Shown here in pieces: positions 25,050 through 33,554 of a stretch of DNA of 33,554 bases (its first letter is position 1; each line of letters starts with the position of its first letter). The notes beneath the pieces are model-generated. The model worked only from the letters and a program-made list of their open reading frames with translations. It did not search any database and was not told where the DNA came from. Position numbers and translations under genes: made by a program. The stretch is from an uncultured Candidatus Saccharibacteria bacterium (lineage in GTDB: Bacteria > Patescibacteriota > Dojkabacteria > SC72). The stretch lies in assembly GCA_964408765.1 (NCBI GenBank), contig CAYPAR010000001.1, positions 1 to 33,554 of the forward strand. The letters run 5' to 3'.

Positions 25050-25113
25050 CTTTCCTTTGTATAACTTTCCAAGAGAAGTATAACACATTTCAGAGAGGAA
25101 AGCCAAATGAAAA

Positions 25114-26196
25114 TTATCCACCGCTCTTTAGTTCTTCCCAAAGCTCTTTCTCTTCCCTACTTAACCTTGTAGGAATATCAATATTAATTCTTACATAATG
25201 ATCACCTCTCTCTTTTTCTGAATTAAGAACATGTGCTCCCTTACCTCTTAATCTAAATATTGTTCCAGGTTGTGTACCTTTTGGTATTTTTAATTTAACA
25301 TCTTCAAAAATTGTTTTTACAGGAACTGTATCTCCTAAAACAGCAGTATAGACAGAGATAGACATCTCAGAGTAAATATCATTCCCCCTCCTCTCAAATT
25401 CATTTGAAGCTTCTACTTCAATCTCAATATACAGATCACCAACTGAACCACCATTTCTTCCAGCATTACCACCTCCTCTAAACCTCAAAACCATACCATC
25501 GTATGCACCAGCCGGAACTTTAATGTTAAAACTCTCTTCAATATTTTCAATACCACTTCCTTTACATTTGTCACATGGGTCATCTACTACCTCTCCTGAA
25601 CCACCACAATTCTGACATGTACTCATCATTGCCATCTGACCAAATATTGTATTTCTCACCTGTTGCTGTTGACCACTCCCTTTACATACAGGACATTCTT
25701 TCTTCTTTCCTGATTTACTTCCTGTACCATTACATTTACTGCACCTTTCTTCTCTTTTAATTTTAATCTTGTACTCACCACCTTTCATCGCTTCCAAGAA
25801 ACTTAACCTAATCCTATACCTAATATCTGAACCGATATCTTGTCTAGGACCTCTCTGTCCACCAAAATCAAAACCAAAACCACTATTTCCACCAAAGAAA
25901 GTACTGAAAATATCACCCATATCAAAAGGGGTTCCTCCAAAGTCAGTATATCCACCAGCTCCAGGATTAAATCCAGCTGTACCAGCATGACCATACTGAT
26001 CGTATGCCGATCTTTTAGAGTCATCAGAAAGAACTTCATATGCTTCCTGTATCTCTTTAAACTTCTCCTCAGCACCTGATTCTTTGTTTACATCTGGATG
26101 ATATTTTTTAACCAATTTCCTGTAGGCTTTTTTTATCTCTGCTGAAGAAGCTTTCTTATCTATCCCTAAAATTTCATAGTAGTCTCTCTTTTCCAT
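25114..26196 (-). CDS. dnaJ: Molecular chaperone DnaJ (type I)
   Basis: It has a J-domain (DYYEILGI...KKYHPDVN), a G/F-rich linker, and four CxxCxGxG repeats ([32 protein letters not shown]). The ORF-track start at 26214 is a TTG codon. The ATG at 26196 ([11 protein letters not shown]) is the more plausible start. Confidence 0.95.
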   Translation of the reverse strand: MEKRDYYEILGIDKKASSAEIKKAYRKLVKKYHPDVNKESGAEEKFKEIQEAYEVLSDDSKRSAYDQYGHAGTAGFNPGAGGYTDFGGTPFDMGDIFSTFFGGNSGFGFDFGGQRGPRQDIGSDIRYRIRLSFLEAMKGGEYKIKIKREERCSKCNGTGSKSGKKKECPVCKGSGQQQQVRNTIFGQMAMMSTCQNCGGSGEVVDDPCDKCKGSGIENIEESFNIKVPAGAYDGMVLRFRGGGNAGRNGGSVGDLYIEIEVEASNEFERRGNDIYSEMSISVYTAVLGDTVPVKTIFEDVKLKIPKGTQPGTIFRLRGKGAHVLNSEKERGDHYVRINIDIPTRLSREEKELWEELKSGG

Positions 26197-26265
26197 AACG
26201 AAATATTTTAGCAAACAAACAGGGTAATTGCTAGCCTTTTCTCAAAATATTAGCTTTAGAAAATA

Positions 26266-26736
26266 TTACCACCTAAAATGTGCAAATGCTTTGTTCGCTT
26301 CTGCCATCTTTTCTACTTCTTCTTTCTTCCTTACAGCATCTCCTTCGCCTTTGTACGAATCTACCAACTGATCTTTGAGAATCTCATCAAAGGATGTTCC
26401 ACTCTTCTTTCTAGATACTTCTACAATCCATCTGACGGCTAATGTCTCTTGTCTCTTAGGTGAAACGGGCATAGGTACTTGATAGTTAGCTCCACCCACT
26501 CTTCTTGCTTTAATCTCAAGTGCTGGTCTAACATTGTCAATAGCTTTACTTACAAATGCAACAACATCTTTTTCTTTAACTACCTCTGCACCCCCTTCTA
26601 TTGCGTTATATACAAGCTCTTCTGCTAAGGCCTTCTTCCCATCCTGCATTACTTTACAAATAAATCTTGCAATAATTGGATTGGAATACTTCCTATCAAC
26701 TTTCACTGTTCTTCTTTTTGCTCTTTTTCCTCTCAT
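26266..26736 (-). CDS. rpsG: 30S ribosomal protein S7
   Basis: 156 aa. It has the typical S7 N-terminus (RGKRAKRR...) and C-terminus (ANKAFAHFRW). It shows the canonical rpsL-rpsG linkage. Confidence 0.97.
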   Translation of the reverse strand: MRGKRAKRRTVKVDRKYSNPIIARFICKVMQDGKKALAEELVYNAIEGGAEVVKEKDVVAFVSKAIDNVRPALEIKARRVGGANYQVPMPVSPKRQETLAVRWIVEVSRKKSGTSFDEILKDQLVDSYKGEGDAVRKKEEVEKMAEANKAFAHFRW

Positions 26737-26758
26737 ATATCTATTAATTAATTAAAAA

Positions 26759-27181
26759 CTATTTTTCAGCTGATTCTTCTTTCTTAACTCCGTACTTAGA
26801 TCTTGCTTTCTTTCTACCCTTAACCCCAGCTGCATCATACTTTCCTCTTACAACTATATATTTTACACCTGGTAAGTCTCTCTTTTTACCTGCTTTAAGC
26901 AAGACAACAGAGTGTTCTTGTAGATTATGTCCTTCCCCTGGAATGTAAGCAGTTACTTCCATTCCATTAGACATTCTAACTCTTGCTACTTTTCTAAGTG
27001 CTGAGTTAGGCTTTTTAGGTGTCAGTGTTCTTACCTGAAGACATACACCCCTTTTAAATGGATTTGCTGCCTTCTTGTATCTATTCTTTAAAGGATTGAA
27101 GTCTCTAGCAAGTTGAATATGCTTGGTCTTCTTCTTTACAGATTTTCTAGGTTTTCTTACTAATTGGTTTATTGTTGGCAT
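26759..27181 (-). CDS. rpsL: 30S ribosomal protein S12
   Basis: 140 aa. Recognised motifs are [39 protein letters not shown] and KRDLPGVKY. The N-terminal segment is about 10 aa longer than in E. coli S12 as I recall it. Confidence 0.97.
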   Translation of the reverse strand: MPTINQLVRKPRKSVKKKTKHIQLARDFNPLKNRYKKAANPFKRGVCLQVRTLTPKKPNSALRKVARVRMSNGMEVTAYIPGEGHNLQEHSVVLLKAGKKRDLPGVKYIVVRGKYDAAGVKGRKKARSKYGVKKEESAEK

Positions 27182-27206
27182 AGTGCGTATTATATAACAA
27201 AATCAA

Positions 27207-30200
27207 TTAAACTTGAAGCTCTTCTAGCTCATATATATTTTCTATCTCAGCTTCATCTCCAACTGGGATAAGTCGTCCAATGATAACATTTTCTTTCATA
27301 CCTCTTAAGTAGTCTGTTTTTCCTAATATAGAAGCATTTGTTAAGACTCTGACTTGCTCTTGGAATGAGATAGCAGAGAGGAAACTTTCAGTATTTAGGG
27401 AAGATGTCTTAATACCATAAAGCTTTGGAATAACTAGAGCTTTATTCTTATCTTCCTTTACTAGTATGTCATTCTTTACAGCAGCCATAAATCTGTTAAC
27501 CGAAGAACCTACTAGATACTCAGAATCACCTGCTTCCAAAACTCTACCTAATCTAACCATCTGTCTTAAAATTATCTCTATATGGATATCATCAATTGGA
27601 ACACCTTGCTCATTAAAGACCTTTTGTACACCATCTAGAATATATTTCTGTGCTGTTAATATATCAGCTACATCTGCCAATTTCTTAGGATCAAGAGATC
27701 CTTCTGTTAGCTGTGTTCCCGCTTTGATAGTTGAATTATCTTCTACTAAAATTTCCATTCCTGGAAGAACATAAATCGTTTCTTCTGCTTTCATTTTCCC
27801 TCTGATTGTTAAAATTCCCCCTTCAAGAGATACTACCCCATCAAATGGAGCCTGCTTCTCAGTTTCATCAGAGTCTATGTACAAGACCTGACCCATCTTA
27901 ATTTCTTGATTATCCTCAACAAGAACTTTCTTTGCATTTGAAACAGAATAATGTCTTTCCATTCTCTTCTCACCAGAAATTAAAATTGTCGCAGACTCAT
28001 CTTCCGCAATATCAATATGTACTTTTCCATCAATTGATGCCATCTCAGCTTCTGCTTTTGGTGTCCTAGCTTCAAATAGCTCTTCAATTCTAGGTAAACC
28101 TTGAGTAATATCAACTTTTTGAACACCTCCTTTATGAAATGTCTGCATAGTCATCTGTGTTCCTGGTTCTCCAATACACTGAGCCGCAATCACACCAACT
28201 GCCCTTCCCATACCTATCTCTTTGTTATTCTCAAGATTTAGTCCATAACATTTCTTACAGATACCCAAAGGTGATTTACATAATAAAGGAGTTCTTACAA
28301 ATACTTCCTCTACTCCTGCCTCATCTACTTTTTCAGCAATTGCTTGTGTAATAATTTCATTCTTTTTTCCTACTACTTCTTTGCCAATCTTGATATCTTG
28401 TGCAAGAACTCTTCCAAAGATTCTCTCCTTGAAATCAATTCTTCTATCATCAGTTCTTCTAATTGCTAAACCATCTCCCTCGTAACCACAATCATCTTGT
28501 CTGATAATTACATCATGTGCAACATCTACAAGCTTTCTAGTAAGGTAACCAGAAGACGATGTCTTAAGAGATCTATCTGCAATACCTTTCCTACCACCAT
28601 TTGCAGCTACAAAATACTCAAATGCACTTAAACCATCTCTGTAGTTACTCTTAATCGGCATAGCGACAAGATTACCTCTGGAGTCTCTAACAACACCTTT
28701 TATAGTTAGAACCTGCCTTGCTTGAATCTTACCTCCATTACCACCAGATTCGACCATTTGGAATATTGAGTTACTTTTAGACAATGCTAACCATGCCTTC
28801 TCTGATATCTCTTCTGCAAAATCATCCCACATATTTGTAGAGATATTTACTTTCTCCTTCTTTGTCATTAAACCTTGTAAGTAATTCTCCTGTAACTGTT
28901 CATCTTTCTCCTCTATTTTCTTGATTTCAGATTTGATATCAAAATCAACATTACAATCTTCCATTGCAAAAGAGAATGCTAAATCTGTAGCATACTTAAA
29001 TCCAAGAGCTTTCATATTATCAAGAAGCTCTACTACTACAGATAAGTCTTCTACATTTTTAATTTTATCTATAATTTTCTTAACACTCTTGTTATCAATT
29101 CTTTCATTAATGTATGGGTAATTATCCGGAAGAATACTGTTAAAGATAACTCTACCTACAGATGTTTTAATTGCTTCACCATTAATACCTACAACAATTT
29201 CCTCATTAATACTAATATCATCTCTTTCATATGCTTTAATAGCCAAATTCAGGGTTGCAAATATTCTTGGATTTTCAGATTCAATTAAATCTGTCATCAT
29301 GTAAAAACCGATCAACATATCTTTAGCTGGTGATGCTAATACTTGACCATTAGAGATATTTACAATATTTAGAGATGACATCATCTCCTTCTTTGCTTCT
29401 TCAATTGCTTCATCTGTCAAAAGGATATGAACAGCCATCTGGTCTCCATCAAAGTCTGCATTGAACGCTTTACATACTAATGGGTGAATTCTAATTGCCT
29501 CTCCTTCAACAAGTCTTGGATAGAATGCTTGTACACTATATTTATGTAAAGTAGGTGCCCTGTTTAATAATACTGGTTTGTTTTTAATAATTTCTTCTAA
29601 CAAGTCCCAAATAATGTCTGTTTCTTCTTCTAACATCTCTTTAGCAACTCTTACATTTGGAGCTAATTCTCTGTCAAGAAGCTTGTGAATGACAAATGGT
29701 TTAAACATTTCTAATGCAACTGACTTTGGAATACCACATTGATCAAATTTAAGACTTGGGTCTCCATCAATAACGGCTCTACCTGAGTAGTCGACCCTTT
29801 TACCTAAAAGATTCTTTCTAAAGATACCTTTCTTCCCTCTTAAATCATCTGTTAATGACTGATATGGTAATCTCTTACTATTCATCATTGGCTTAGATGG
29901 TCTATGAGAGTTATCAATCAATGCGTCAACTGACTCCTGCAACATCCTCTTTTCATTTCTTAGGATAACATCAGGAGCACCAATCTCAATTAACTTCTTT
30001 AATCTATTGTTTCTATTAATAATTCTTCTGTAAAGATCATTCAAATCAGAAGTTGCAAATTTACCACCTGATAGAGGAATAATTGGTCTTAACTCAGGAG
30101 GAAGGACTGGAAGTGTTCTAATAACCATCCATTCTGGTTTAATATCATTCTTTAAAAATCCCTCTAAATATTGAATTCTTCTAATAGTTGCTAGTTTCTT

Positions 30201-31088
30201 CTCACCTTTCTCCTTTTCAAGTCTGATTCTTAATACAGCTAATTCTCCTCCTAAATCTAAATTCTCCAAAAGTTTTTCAATAGCCTCTGCTCCCATCATA
30301 GCTTCAAAGAACACTAAATCTCTCTCAACTAAGTCAGAATACTCATCTTCTGAGATAACTGTACCAACAGTCATTTTTTCAATCACCTGATTTAACTTAG
30401 AGTAGAATGATTCAATTTCTTCCTCTTTTTCTGCATAATCTCTCCTTACCTTAGCCAATGCTTGCTTTCTCTTATGTTCACTCTGACTCATCTTTAAATC
30501 AACCCCTTTATCTTTAGATTTCTTAAGCTCTTTAATCTCTGCATCAAACATCTCTGTTGTTATATTTAACTCATCCTCTAGCTCTGCATGCAACTTCTTA
30601 ACCTCTTCATCCTTAAGTGCAACAGCCTTTTCTATAACTTCTTTCTTTTTGTCCTCATCAACAGAGACTGCTACATATCTTGTATAGTAAACAACTGAAA
30701 GGATTTTCTTGTGAGAAATATCTAAGATAATGGACATCTTATTTGGAATACCAAATGCATACCAAACATGTGCAACTGGTATTGCTAAATCAATATGTCC
30801 CATTCTCTCTCTTCTTACATCAGAAGTTGTAACCTCAACTCCACACTTATCACAAACAATTCCTTTATACCTAATCTTCTTATACTTACCACAGTAACAT
30901 TCGTAGTTTTTAGTAGGACCAAAAATCTTCTCGCAGAAAAGACCATCTGGTTCTGCTCTAAATGTTCTATAGTTGATAGTCTCAGCTTTTGTAACTTCAC
31001 CATATGACCAATTTAATACTTGGTCAGGAGAAGCCAAAGTAATTTTTAAGACATCAAAGTTGTCGAATTTACTTTTATTTCTCTTCAT
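27207..31088 (-). CDS. rpoC: DNA-directed RNA polymerase subunit beta'
   Basis: It has the catalytic NADFDGDQMAVH motif, the N-terminal Zn-binding motif CYCGKYKKIRYKGIVCDKCGVEV, and trigger-loop/bridge-helix regions. The ORF-track start at 31097 is TTG. The ATG at 31088 (MKRNKSKFDNF) is more likely. Either start overlaps the end of rpoB. Confidence 0.97.
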   Translation of the reverse strand: MKRNKSKFDNFDVLKITLASPDQVLNWSYGEVTKAETINYRTFRAEPDGLFCEKIFGPTKNYECYCGKYKKIRYKGIVCDKCGVEVTTSDVRRERMGHIDLAIPVAHVWYAFGIPNKMSIILDISHKKILSVVYYTRYVAVSVDEDKKKEVIEKAVALKDEEVKKLHAELEDELNITTEMFDAEIKELKKSKDKGVDLKMSQSEHKRKQALAKVRRDYAEKEEEIESFYSKLNQVIEKMTVGTVISEDEYSDLVERDLVFFEAMMGAEAIEKLLENLDLGGELAVLRIRLEKEKGEKKLATIRRIQYLEGFLKNDIKPEWMVIRTLPVLPPELRPIIPLSGGKFATSDLNDLYRRIINRNNRLKKLIEIGAPDVILRNEKRMLQESVDALIDNSHRPSKPMMNSKRLPYQSLTDDLRGKKGIFRKNLLGKRVDYSGRAVIDGDPSLKFDQCGIPKSVALEMFKPFVIHKLLDRELAPNVRVAKEMLEEETDIIWDLLEEIIKNKPVLLNRAPTLHKYSVQAFYPRLVEGEAIRIHPLVCKAFNADFDGDQMAVHILLTDEAIEEAKKEMMSSLNIVNISNGQVLASPAKDMLIGFYMMTDLIESENPRIFATLNLAIKAYERDDISINEEIVVGINGEAIKTSVGRVIFNSILPDNYPYINERIDNKSVKKIIDKIKNVEDLSVVVELLDNMKALGFKYATDLAFSFAMEDCNVDFDIKSEIKKIEEKDEQLQENYLQGLMTKKEKVNISTNMWDDFAEEISEKAWLALSKSNSIFQMVESGGNGGKIQARQVLTIKGVVRDSRGNLVAMPIKSNYRDGLSAFEYFVAANGGRKGIADRSLKTSSSGYLTRKLVDVAHDVIIRQDDCGYEGDGLAIRRTDDRRIDFKERIFGRVLAQDIKIGKEVVGKKNEIITQAIAEKVDEAGVEEVFVRTPLLCKSPLGICKKCYGLNLENNKEIGMGRAVGVIAAQCIGEPGTQMTMQTFHKGGVQKVDITQGLPRIEELFEARTPKAEAEMASIDGKVHIDIAEDESATILISGEKRMERHYSVSNAKKVLVEDNQEIKMGQVLYIDSDETEKQAPFDGVVSLEGGILTIRGKMKAEETIYVLPGMEILVEDNSTIKAGTQLTEGSLDPKKLADVADILTAQKYILDGVQKVFNEQGVPIDDIHIEIILRQMVRLGRVLEAGDSEYLVGSSVNRFMAAVKNDILVKEDKNKALVIPKLYGIKTSSLNTESFLSAISFQEQVRVLTNASILGKTDYLRGMKENVIIGRLIPVGDEAEIENIYELEELQV

Positions 31089-33554
31089 TTTCTGCAACCT
31101 CCTCTTCTGTTTGATTTGAAATTAAATCAATATTTAAGCCAAGGGCATTAAGCTCTTTGACTAGTACCTTAAATGACTCAGGTACATTTACACTCTCAAT
31201 TTTATCTCCATGAATAATCGCTTTATACGCAGCTGATCTTCCCTTAATATCATCAGACTTAATTGTTAACATCTCCTGAAGTGCAAAAGGTGCACTGTGA
31301 GCTTCTAGTGCCCAGACTTCCATTTCTCCAAATCTCTGTCCACCCATCTGTGCTTTTCCACCCAATGGTTGTTGAGATACAGCTGTGTATGGACCTGTTG
31401 ATCTTGCATGTACCTTTTCATCTGAGATATGCTTTAGTTTCAACACATATTTCATACCAACTGTTACTTTATTTGGGAACTTCTTGCCTGTTCTACCGTC
31501 ATACAAATCAACTCTCTGAGACATATCTTTATCCTGTTTCTTCATTTCGTTCTTTAACCATTCCATATTTTCACCTTCAAAAATTGGGAATGCTAATTTT
31601 TGATTCAAATCTTTAGCAAATTTACCAAAGTGAACCTCTTCTGCCTGTCCCATATTCATTCTCTTTAAGAATGTTGGGGTCAAGACGATATCTACTGGTT
31701 CACCATCTTCTGTGAATGGCATATCTTCAATTGGTCTAATTGCTGCAACCGTATTCTTATCTCCATGTCTTCCTGCAATCTTATCTCCAAAACCAATTTT
31801 CTTTGTATTTGCAACCCATACCTTTACTTGATGTAATACTCCTGGAGGTAATTTATCTCCCTTATCTGTAGAAAGCATCAAACTTCTAATCACAATTCCT
31901 TCTTCTCCATGTGGAATTCTCAAAGAGTTATCTCTAACATCACTTGCTGACTCTCCAAATATTGCTCTAAGCAATCTCTCTTCTGCCGTAAGTTCTTTTT
32001 CACCTCTTGGTGCAACAACTCCAACCAAGATATCTCCTGCTTTTACATGCACGCCAGATCTAACAATGCCCTGAATATCTAATTTCTGTAAGATTCTGTC
32101 ATTAACATGAGGGATATCAGCAGTTATCATCTCTGGCCCTAATTCTGTATCTCTAATATCTACTGAATGCTCTCTAATATGAACAGAAGTAAGTAAATCA
32201 TCTCTAACAATTCTATCTGAAATGATTACAGAATCTTCATAGTTGTATCCCTCATAAAACATTAAAGCTGCTCTAAGATTAATACCAATTGAGAATTCTC
32301 CATCCACCATAGTAGGACCATCAGCTAAAATATCACCCTTTTTAAACTTATCCCCAGCCCTTACTACTGGTTTTTGTGTAAATGATGTATTCTCATTGCT
32401 CCTGTAGAATGATACTAAGTTGTAATCTTTGACACCTTCTTTTTTGTACTTAACAGAAACTTTGTTTGCGTCAGTATAAAGAACTTCTCCATCATCTTCT
32501 GCAAATATTCCCCACTCTGACTGTCTTGCAACAATCTCTTCCATACCTGTACCTACAAATGGAGATTCCTGCTTTACTAAAGGAACCGCCTGCCTCTGCT
32601 GGTTAGCTCCTGTTAAGGCTCTCATAGCATCATTGTGAGACACAAAAGGAATCAACGCCATACCCAAACCTGCTTGCTGACTCGCCAAAGCATCTACATA
32701 ACCAACTAAATTAACATCTTCAAGCAAGAATTCTCCTTTGTACCTAACAGGAAGTAGCGTATCAGTAATATTGCCAAACTCGTCTTTTGAAAGAGTTGCA
32801 GAACCAATATGGTACTTCTCCTCCTCCATAGCATCTAAATATTCTACTTTATCTGTTACAAATGGTTTAACCGAAACCTCTTTGATAGATTTTTCCTTAG
32901 CAATCTTCTCTGCTAACTTTGCATCTACCAATGTACCTGCTTTTGCAATTTTCTTAACATCTTCTGCCAATATCCTATTTAGTAAATCCTTCTGCGTATT
33001 TTTAACCTTGTTTTCAACTTTTCTGTATGGAGCTTCTAAGAAACCAAATTCGTTAATCCTTGCCAATGTTGCTAACTGAACAACAACACCAATATTTGCA
33101 GACTCTGGACTTGTTACAGGGTCAAACTTTGAGTAATGAGAATTATGTACCTCTCTAATAGAGAATGTCGCTCTCTCTTTTGCAATACCACCTGGACCAC
33201 CAGCTGTAACTTTTCTCTTGTTTTCCAACTCAGATAAAATATTAATCTGATCCATAAAGCTAGATAGTGCATTTGTACCAAAGAATGATTGAATTGCAGC
33301 AGCGATTGGTTTTGTACTTGCAAGCATAGAAGGTGTAACCTTTGCGTCTTGTCCATACAAACTCATCTTATCTTTAATATTCTTCTCCAATCTTCTAATT
33401 GCAGCATTTAACTGTCTTTCTAAAATTTCCCCTACACTTCTGATTCTTCTGTTTGAGAGGTGATCAATATCATCTGGTTCTACTACACCATTATTAATCT
33501 GAATCAGCTTTCTAATTATCAACACCATATCCATTGGGTACAACACAGTCTGCT
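31075..33554 (-). CDS. rpoB: DNA-directed RNA polymerase subunit beta (partial; the N-terminal part lies beyond the right window edge)
   Basis: The frame is open to the window edge. The 'M' at 33546 in the track is an internal GVG-type GTG codon, not a start. Conserved blocks are NRRIRSVGE, FFGTNALSSFMDQ, GRHGDKNTVA and GGQRFGEMEVWALEAH. The stop is TAA at 31075-31077. Confidence 0.97.
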   Translation of the reverse strand, partial: QTVLYPMDMVLIIRKLIQINNGVVEPDDIDHLSNRRIRSVGEILERQLNAAIRRLEKNIKDKMSLYGQDAKVTPSMLASTKPIAAAIQSFFGTNALSSFMDQINILSELENKRKVTAGGPGGIAKERATFSIREVHNSHYSKFDPVTSPESANIGVVVQLATLARINEFGFLEAPYRKVENKVKNTQKDLLNRILAEDVKKIAKAGTLVDAKLAEKIAKEKSIKEVSVKPFVTDKVEYLDAMEEEKYHIGSATLSKDEFGNITDTLLPVRYKGEFLLEDVNLVGYVDALASQQAGLGMALIPFVSHNDAMRALTGANQQRQAVPLVKQESPFVGTGMEEIVARQSEWGIFAEDDGEVLYTDANKVSVKYKKEGVKDYNLVSFYRSNENTSFTQKPVVRAGDKFKKGDILADGPTMVDGEFSIGINLRAALMFYEGYNYEDSVIISDRIVRDDLLTSVHIREHSVDIRDTELGPEMITADIPHVNDRILQKLDIQGIVRSGVHVKAGDILVGVVAPRGEKELTAEERLLRAIFGESASDVRDNSLRIPHGEEGIVIRSLMLSTDKGDKLPPGVLHQVKVWVANTKKIGFGDKIAGRHGDKNTVAAIRPIEDMPFTEDGEPVDIVLTPTFLKRMNMGQAEEVHFGKFAKDLNQKLAFPIFEGENMEWLKNEMKKQDKDMSQRVDLYDGRTGKKFPNKVTVGMKYVLKLKHISDEKVHARSTGPYTAVSQQPLGGKAQMGGQRFGEMEVWALEAHSAPFALQEMLTIKSDDIKGRSAAYKAIIHGDKIESVNVPESFKVLVKELNALGLNIDLISNQTEEEVAENEEK

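Noticed and set aside
26197-26214. ORF-track N-terminal extension of dnaJ (MLKYFV...) and of rpoC (31089..31097, MQK...)
   Set aside because: Both extensions start at TTG codons. ATG codons 6 and 3 codons downstream give N-termini that match the conserved family starts ([11 protein letters not shown] for the J-domain, MKRNKSKFDNF for beta').
560-33079. All other short ORFs in the track that lie inside or antisense to the large genes (for example 1296..1601, 7798..8169, 22626..23030, 25803..26075, 32738..33079)
   Set aside because: Each is fully embedded in a longer ORF with strong protein-family signatures or coherent exported-protein architecture. They are Ser/Phe/Leu-rich shadow frames.
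1-33554. Alternative genetic code (UGA recoded as Gly or Trp, as in some candidate phyla)
   Set aside because: TGA terminates at least three well-defined genes (1212, 6639, 13220). Long conserved genes such as rpoC, rpoB, pnp and infB read through under the standard code without in-frame stops.
1-33554. CRISPR arrays, tRNA/rRNA genes, transposases, integrases and prophage boundaries
   Set aside because: I scanned the intergenic regions, all of which are 315 bp or shorter. I found no repeat-spacer periodicity, no cloverleaf-like GC-rich segments and no recombinase-like ORF. Composition looks uniform by eye, so I cannot argue for a horizontally acquired island from the sequence alone.

Overview
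This is an AT-rich bacterial window (about one-third G+C by eye) that is almost entirely coding. It uses the standard genetic code: TGA serves as a stop at 1212, 6639 and 13220, and the conserved genes have no in-frame stops. I saw no rRNA, tRNA, CRISPR array, transposase or integrase.

Right two-thirds (12.7-33.5 kb): mostly core information-processing genes.
- Minus strand: rpoB (partial), rpoC, rpsL, rpsG, dnaJ, a terminator, nusA, infB, a 112-aa unknown, a RuBisCO large subunit with intact catalytic residues (form II/III-like), rpsO with its own near-consensus promoter, pnp, and a 304-aa unknown.
- Plus strand: a Phd/YefM-like antitoxin with a PIN (VapC) toxin, rsmE, an RsmB/RsmF-type m5C methyltransferase, and a radical SAM/SPASM-twitch enzyme.
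- A small exported pilin-like protein is transcribed divergently from the radical SAM gene.

Left 12.4 kb (1-12445, minus strand): this is the unusual part. It is a tightly spaced nine-gene array that runs off the left edge, and every product is exported or membrane-embedded. I cannot place any of them in a named functional family by eye. The products are:
- a 1205-aa giant protein with an FN3-like head, an N/S/T linker, a core of about 490 aa holding 36 Cys, and a beta-rich tail;
- a DUF948-like mini-protein;
- a Cys-free 607-aa protein with two FN3-like modules and an LPXTG-like TPNTG/TM/basic-tail terminus;
- a 14-Cys secreted protein;
- a polytopic membrane protein whose only two Cys form an exported CPTC motif;
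- an 854-aa membrane protein with a C-terminal HEVIHxxQ (HExxH) domain;
- two further exported proteins.

I read this array as a candidate undescribed cell-surface, host-contact or secretion-like apparatus. Gene content suggests a reduced-genome (CPR/Patescibacteria-like) bacterium. That lineage call and all family assignments rest on motif recognition by eye. No searches were run.
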